In this document: in pieces, positions 56,329-64,000 of the stretch
How the letters are laid out: each line of letters begins with the position of its first letter
Position numbering within the stretch: position 1 is the stretch's first letter
From: the human T2T-CHM13v2.0 reference genome, Homo sapiens
Direction: 5' to 3' (one strand)
NCBI RefSeq assembly: GCF_009914755.1
Contig: NC_060947.1
DNA length: 64,000 bases
Made by a program: the position numbers and the translations under genes
Notes under the pieces: generated by a model
The model's input: the letters and a program-made list of their open reading frames with translations, nothing else
What the model was told of the DNA's origin: nothing
The model's database searches: none

Positions 56329-57469
56329 ATGTATTGCTGAGGCAAAGGATGTACAGATTATATGTGATGGAATGGTTAATGCTGTTTGAATGTAGGGATT
56401 TGGGGAGGGCTGTCTGAGAAATTGAAAATGTCTGCAATGATACTAGATGCATTGTTTAAACTCAAAATCTGTCGTTCAACTTGTTGTGCAGTTTAGTGTT
56501 TTTTATTAGTCTGTGTTTATTCATTCACATGACACTGTAATTTGATCTTTTAAAACCCTTCTAAATATGTTTATTTTTCTCCTTTATTCCTATAATAACA
56601 AAGGAAAATAAAGGCAATGATGAAGTTTAAACTATCACTATAATCAATCTACGAAAGTTACCTAGCCCTTGGCTTGACCTGCATCAGTTCAGACTTAGCT
56701 GGAAAACTACTAAACATGTACAACTTAAACCACTTTTTTCCCTATCTAGTCTCAGCTTCAGAGATTCAGTCAACAACTGGATATTAACATGTAAATATCT
56801 TATTGCCATATCAAACTCAGAAAGGAAAGGACAAAACTTCTCTAGGGTATGTGACTTTGTTTCTAAATCTTTGCTCCCATTGTATCATCCTTCTTTGATG
56901 CCTTCTTATGTCCCTACTACCCACCCATAAAAGACGAACTCATTCACTCATTCTTGAGGAAAGTTGTCATAGCTTTTCCCATTCTCCATCATCTCAGTTT
57001 TCTTTGACATTCTAATAAAAATATATGATGTTTAACAACATTCATAAAAAGTTTTTATAATATAAAAAAGGAAAATAGTAACAGTTGTTTTGGCCTGTGG
57101 GTTAGATTGTTAATAACTCCCGTATTGAAGAAAACCATATTAAAATGTTAAAATTGTAATGACACTCACTAGTATTTTATTGCCTATTAGCCAGAAATTT
57201 TTATAGAGTAACTGATAAAACATATGTAAAGCTTTTCACTTTTCTTATGGAACTCTAGGCAGCTTTTAGTTTGAAGTATTATAAACTGTTAGATTTTACT
57301 AAAAGAGATCCAGAAAGTACATTACATTAAATTAACCATGAGATAAGAAAATATAATTTTTACACATATATGGAACACAGATTTGCATATGCATTATTCG
57401 CAGGTATGTGGATTGCTCTATAAAGTGTCTGTTTCATTTAGAAGTGAATAATGAACATCTGGTTTCAGC

Positions 57470-59050
57470 TTGGACATATTAGAAAAAACTAGGTAGTCAT
57501 CACTTCCATCCTAAAAACAAGAAGAAAGCTTGACAAACTGAAAATCGAAGGCTTTTTTAGACACGTAGGAGAATTCAGGTCACAGGGCAAATTGCTACTC
57601 TGGAATCTGGAAAAAAAGACAAACACAGAGGAGCACAACCTAGATAAACTTACTTGGAGAAGAAGCCTCTGGAGCCATAAACTAGTCAAAACTTAAATGG
57701 AAATTTCGAGAAATTGCTAGAGGCTAAATGTGGATTAGCTTGAAAGTAAGAAACTACAGTTTTAGGGGTGCTGCAGCACTTTCATGGGCTTTACCTCTAA
57801 TAACCTCACCACTTTCTGAAGATTAAGACAGTAAAAATCCTCTGATACTTTTGGACAGGGAGAGGCAAAGTAATAACATTGAAATACTCCCAGGGCATTC
57901 TCCATAATAAAAGCCTACTAGCCAAAGAAAGCTACTTCATTAGAGCCTTATAACTGGGTAAAGGCATCCATTAGCCAACTCCAGCACCCAAAAGCTTTTC
58001 TGTCTCCTCTAAGAAGAGAAAATAAAAGGATAAGAACCACTTTTGAAATTTGGCCCCTATTACCCAATACATCATATCCAACTTTAGGGAAAAAAATTAT
58101 AATGCATGCTAAAAGGAAGAAAAATACAATCTGAAAGGACAAATCAAGCATCAGAACCAGATGCAGATATGGTGTAGATTTTGTAATTATCATACTGTGA
58201 GTTTAAAATAAGTCTAATTCACGTTATAGGCTCTGATGTTGAAATAAACAATGAAAAAACAGATGGGTAATATAAGCAAATACAGTAAAATTCTATGAAA
58301 CAATCACAAGAAAATGCTAGAAAACTGAAACGGTGTGACAGAAATAAAGAATGTCTTTGATGGGCTCATTAGTATAATAGACATATCTGAGGACAGAAAT
58401 TGTGAAATTAAAGACATCAATAGAAACTTCCCAAAGTGAAATATCAAGAGTAAAAAATTGTGAAATTAAAGACCTATCAATAGAAACTTCCCAAACTGAA
58501 ATGTCAAGAGTAAAAGAAATTTGAAAAAGGAACGGAATATGCAAGAATTGAGGGATAGTTATAAAAGATATAAAATATGTATAATGAGAATCCTAGAGAA
58601 GAAACAAGAGGGAAAGGAATAGAAGAACTACTTGAACTAATAATGGTTGAGAATTTTCCAAATTAATGGCAGACACCAAATCAAATTCAGAAATCTCAGA
58701 GAACACCCTGAAGAACACCAAGAAGAATAGCAAAAAAAAATTTTCACTAGGCTATTATATCAAAAATGGAGATAAAATCTTGAAAGAAGTCATAGGAAAA
58801 AAAAACCCACCTTTCTTATAGAAGAACAAGGATAATATTTACATTGGAATTCTTCTCATCAGAAACCATAAAAGCAAGAGGAGAAAGGAACAAAATATTT
58901 AAAATGTTGAAAGAAAAAAAAAGAACACTAAGGTAGAATTCTACATCCAGCAAAATGTGTTTTTCAAAAGAAAAGGGAAATGAAGACTTACTAGACAAAG
59001 AAATACTAAGGGAATTAATCACTGGTAGACTTGAACTGCAAGGTCCTGTG
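57470..59050 (+). mobile_element. old L1M 5'UTR and ORF1, degraded
   Basis: aagaatgtctttgatgggctcattagt, gagaattttccaaaattaatggcagacacc, ttctcatcagaaacc ORF1 motifs. Confidence 0.7.
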
Positions 59051-59254
59051 AAACACAAGGAATTTGAGGGTGATGAAACTTTTCCACAAATAATGTAATA
59101 GTAGGTACAAGATATTACGCATTTGCAAAACTTTTAGAACTTTTCACCAAGCAGTGAAACTTAACGTTTTTAATTTTAAAAAAAATTGTGTAGGAGTTTG
59201 GGAGATCTCAGAAAAACATTCAAACTGTGAAAAGATAAACTATATTACAAGTTA

Positions 59255-59615
59255 CTATCATAGAAGCATACAGAGTAGAACAGTGGTTACCAGAGACTGG
59301 GGAGAAGAGAAGAAGGGCAGGGAGGATGGGAAGGAGAGGTTGATCAATGGGTCAAAGTTATAATTAGAGAGAAGAAATAAGTTTGTTCTACTGCACAGTA
59401 TGACAGGGATAACAGTAAGGTATCCTATATTACAAAATGGTTAGAAGAGAGGCTTTTGAATGTTTTCATTACAAATAAATAGGTACATGAGGTAACGGAT
59501 ATGCCAAATACCCTGATTTTGATCATTATACAACATATATATGTAGGAAACAATAAAATTATTACCCCATAAATATGTACAACTATAACGTGTCAATTTA
59601 AAAACAAAAAAATAA
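59255..59615 (+). mobile_element. L1MA 3' end
   Basis: agagtagaacagtggttaccagagactggg...accccataaatatgtacaa, A tail. Confidence 0.8.
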
Positions 59616-59744
59616 ATTTTAGTAATAGTTATCTCTGAAATTATAGTTGTTGAAATATGCAAACCTTTAACTTTTCACTTCACAACTCTCTACTCTGTTT
59701 TACTTTCTATAATTAGTATAAATTATTTTACATTTTGTTGTTGA

Positions 59745-59998
59745 GGCGGAGTGCAATGGCGTGATCTCGGCTCACTGCAACCTCCGCCTCCTGAGTTCAA
59801 GCGATTCTCCTGCCTCAGCCTCCTGAGTAGCGGGGATTACAGGCATGTGCCACTACATCCGGCTAATTTTGTATTTTTAGTAGAGATGGGGTTTCTCCAC
59901 GTTGGTCAGGCTGGTCTCGAACTCCTGATCTCAGGTGATCTGCCCGCCGCGGCCTCCCAAAGTACTGGGATTACAGGCGTGAGCCACCGCACCTGGCC
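59745..59998 (-). mobile_element. Alu (AluSp/Sq-like) lacking its 3' end and tail
   Basis: Begins at ggagtgcaatggcgtgatctcggc; tattttaca flanks both sides. Confidence 0.92.
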
Positions 59999-60553
59999 TA
60001 TTTTACAATCTTGACAGATATTTTTAAAAGGGGATGATACCCAGTGATCAAGTAAGATTGGACTGAAATACAAGAATGATTAAGTTTTTGGAACTTATGT
60101 AAGATTTTTGGAACTAATGTAAGATTAATAGGTTTCAAGATGTGAGAAACACAAGCATTAAAAGATATACAGAAGCAATTTGTAGATAGATTGTGAAAAA
60201 GCATTCTTGCAAAATTCAAAATAAAATTCTGATTTATAAATAATCTTATTAAATAAGGAATAAAAATGTACTTCTATAAGATAGAAATTATCCATAATAG
60301 GACAGTAGAAAACAACTAATGTAATGGTAAATGCAAAAGGGGTTCCCAGTAAAGCCAGCAATGGAACCTGCTTTGACTACCATTTAAAAACTTTGCTCTA
60401 TATGTTCATTTCCAATGGTTAAAACCAGGAAAAGAGACAGCAAGAAGACACTTTAGAAAACGAGTATTGCTCAAATATTTCATCTCCTTGGTTAAATTTA
60501 ATCTTAAATATTTTATTCCTTCTGATGCTATTGCAAATAAGATTGCTTTCTAA

Positions 60554-60904
<351 letters not shown>

Positions 60905-62715
60905 AACTGATTTTTTTATATTAGTTTTTTATCCTGAAACTTTAATAAATGTGTTTATTAGTTGTAGTATTTTGTGGAATATTTATGGTTTTTTAAACAT
61001 AGAATCATGTCATCTGCAAACAGAGACAATTTTACTTTTTCCTTTTGGAATTTGGATGGCTTTTATTTCTTTTTATTGACTAATTGCTCTGGCTAGGACT
61101 TTCAGTTCTATGCTGAATAGAATCAGAGGTGTGGGCATCCTGGTCTTGTTTGCTGAAAACTGTAAAACATTGACAGAAAAATTAGTAAAATTATGAAAAT
61201 AAATTAATGAAATAATGAAGAGATTTCCCATGGTCATAGTTGGAAGACTCAATATTTTTAAAATGTCCATACTTCCCAAGGAAATTTACAGATTCAATGC
61301 AAAACTATCAAAATCCCAAGATAAAATTTTAAAGATGTAGTAAAAAAATCTTAAAATTTGTAGTGACATTAAATTAAAATTTATATAGACCCAAAATACC
61401 TCAAATAGCCAAAGTAATCTTGAAGAAGAAGATCAAAGCTGGAAGCTTTGTTCCTGGTTTCAAAGTATGTAACAGAGCTATAGTAATGGAAGTAGCATGT
61501 TATTGGCATAAAAACAGATACAGATTCCAATGAAACAGCATAGAGAACCCAGAAATAAACCTATACAGATGTGGTCAAGTGATCTTTGACAGGGGTGCCA
61601 AGAATATAAAATATGAAAAAGATAGTCTCCTCAACAAATGATCTTGGGAAAACTGGAAATTCACATGCAAAAGAATGAAATTAGACCCTTATTTATACGA
61701 TACACAAATAAAATCAACTTGAAGTAGATTAAAAACTTAAACCTAAAACCTAAAACTATAAAACTCCCAGCAGAAAACTTAATATAAAAGTTTTTGAGAT
61801 TATTTTTGGCAATGGTTTTCTGGATATGACAGCAAAAGTACAGACAACAAAAGCATAAATAGACAAGTGGGACTATATCAAACTAAAAAGCACTTGCACA
61901 GCAAAGGAAAATATCAAGAGAATAAAAAGGCAGCCTAGAGATTGGAGAAAATACTTGTAAACCACATATCTGATATATGAGAAACTTATACAACTGAGTA
62001 GAAAACAATAAAAACAAAACCCAATTAAAAAATGGGCAAAGGACCTGAATAGACATTTTTTCTATAGAAGACATACAAATAGTCAAAAGATATATGTTAA
62101 GATGCTCAACATCACTAATCATCAGGAAAATGCAAATAAAAACCACAATGAAATATCCCCTCACATGTGTTAAGATGGCTATTAAAAAATAAACTATTTT
62201 TGTAAAAAATATGATAAATGTTGGTGAGGATGTGGAGGTATTAGAACCGTTGTACACTGTTGGTGGAAATGTAAAGTGGTGCAATTGTTATGGAAAACAG
62301 TATAGAGATTTCCCAAAAAATATTAAAAACAAAAGTACTATATGATGCATCAATCCCACCTTTATGTATATTTTCAAAAATTTGAAATTAGGATCTTAAA
62401 GACATGTGTGTACTCTCACATCCATTGCAAATTTATTCACCATAGCCAAGATATGGAAACAAACTAAATGTCTATCAAGGGATAAATGGATAAAGAATAT
62501 ATGGTGTGTGTGTATATATATATGTGTGTGTGTATATATATATATATACATTAAAATATATATGTATTTGGAGGTTGAATAATATTCCATGATATATATG
62601 GCATATTTATATCATGGAATATTATGTATAGCATATATATGCCATGTATAATGGAATATTTTATATACTATATATGGCATATATATGTATATCATAGAAT
62701 ATTATTCAATTTTAA

Positions 62716-62717
<2 letters not shown>

Positions 62718-62756
<39 letters not shown>
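62718..62756. repeat. (CA)n microsatellite
   Basis: Visible dinucleotide run. Confidence 0.95.
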
Positions 62757-62758
<2 letters not shown>

Positions 62759-63152
62759 ATATCCTGGCTATGGTGAAATTTATTCACCATAGCCAAGATA
62801 TGGAAACAACCTAAATGTCTATCAAGGGATAAGTGGATAAAGAATATATGGTATTATACATATGTATTTTTTGAATACATATATATTTGAAGGTTAAATA
62901 ATATTCCGTGATATACATATATATATGGAATATTATTTAACCTTCAAAAAGACGAAAATTCTCCCATATGTGATAACATGAAACCTAGAGGACATTATGC
63001 TAAATGAAATAAACCAGACACAAAAACACAAGTACTGCATGATCTCACTTATAAGTGGAATCTTAAAAAATTAAACTCATAGAAGCAAAGAATAGACTAG
63101 TGATTGCCAGGGGTTGTGGGGAGGGGGAAATGAGGATGTAAAAGAAATAGCC

Positions 63153-63568
63153 TGTGGCATGGCAAGTGTAATGCCATATTGAAGTGAAACCACCATGATG
63201 ACCCTTGTTTGACTCTGGCATACCAAGGTGTTTTGCAGCAAGTTCTTTAGACAATGCCTGTGGCATAGATAACATCTCATAAAGATGCTTATCTAACTTC
63301 CTTAGTTGTCATCAGTTTTCGCAAGAAAGTCTGGGATGTGATCAGCTGCACGTGTCTTTACCCTAAAAGCTTGCTGTATAAAAGATACTTTCTGGAGAGT
63401 AGGTGCTGGGATTCACTGTGTTGCAGCCATCCAAGGCAACACTTCTGTTCTTAAGTCCCTATTAAACATTTCTTTCTGAGAAACTGGATTTGTCAGCCTC
63501 TTTCTTGGACCTCTCATCTCCCTTGGCTGTTGGGGGTAGATCTGCATATACCTGCTCACCTTGGAACA
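63153..63568 (+). mobile_element. solo ERV LTR, family not assigned
   Basis: TG...CA termini, TATAAAA at about 63377, ATTAAA at 63461; interrupts the L1 3'UTR. Confidence 0.65.
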
Positions 63569-63646
63569 GGGAAGTTGCTGTTCAGTGGGTACAAAGTTTC
63601 AATTATGCCAGATGAATAAGTTCTAGGGATCTATTTAATATTATAC

Positions 63647-64000
63647 TGTAGGAGATGGGTGAGAGTGGTGGGAGAAGCTATAGGGAAAGGAGCAGGCCTT
63701 CTGAAAGGTCAGAAGGCTCTGCATAGCTTCAAGGGAGAATAAGCTGAAGGCAGCTGTTCTCTGAAACTGAGGCAGAGGGCAAGGAGTAGGTACAAGGAAG
63801 TGTAGGGGAATTTATCTTAAATAGGCTTGTTTACTTACCTTGTCTGGAAACCGACCTTTGATCATCAGCGCACAAGACTGCTCCCTGAATGGGGGAACAA
63901 TAATATTAATTACCCACAGATCGTGTTGGCTCCAGGCTTTTGGCATTATGTCTGTACTGAATAAAATCAAGCAGCTCCAGCTTATCGAGACTGCTCTTTC
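63647..64000 (+). mobile_element. LTR22-family LTR (HERV-K22/HML-5), runs off the window
   Basis: tgtaggagatgggtgagagtggtgggagaagctatagggaaagg...ccttctgaaaggtc matches the recalled LTR22 start. Confidence 0.75.

Overview
AT-rich primate (almost certainly human) genomic DNA, intergenic or deep-intronic, mostly made of interspersed repeats. It holds about 19 Alu/FLAM elements (many with visible target-site duplications), old L1 fragments (L1PA/L1PB/L1MA/L1MC-D, three with 5' inversions), MaLR LTRs (THE1/MST/MLT1), an HSMAR2 mariner relic, MER33/MER44, a MER21-type and an LTR22 LTR, and a doubly truncated HERV-H provirus (50448-53556) with a frameshift-free gag-pro region. I find no credible cellular protein-coding gene, CRISPR array, tRNA or rRNA; nearly all supplied ORFs are repeat-derived or low-complexity. 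The most unusual structure is at 41566-43820: a ~485 bp inverted duplication (~97-98% identical by manual alignment) interleaved with two ~450-500 bp TA tracts that appear to be inverted copies of each other, the pattern expected from a small inversion with both breakpoints duplicated. Other notable items are a templated 330 bp local duplication with a snap-back junction, a probable U6/L1 chimera, a long near-perfect hairpin at 10607-10712, and several small fold-back scars. These look like rearrangement and retrotransposition scars; I do not see evidence for a new gene system. Repeat family names are from recalled consensus sequences, not a database search, and most boundaries are approximate (about 10-30 bp).
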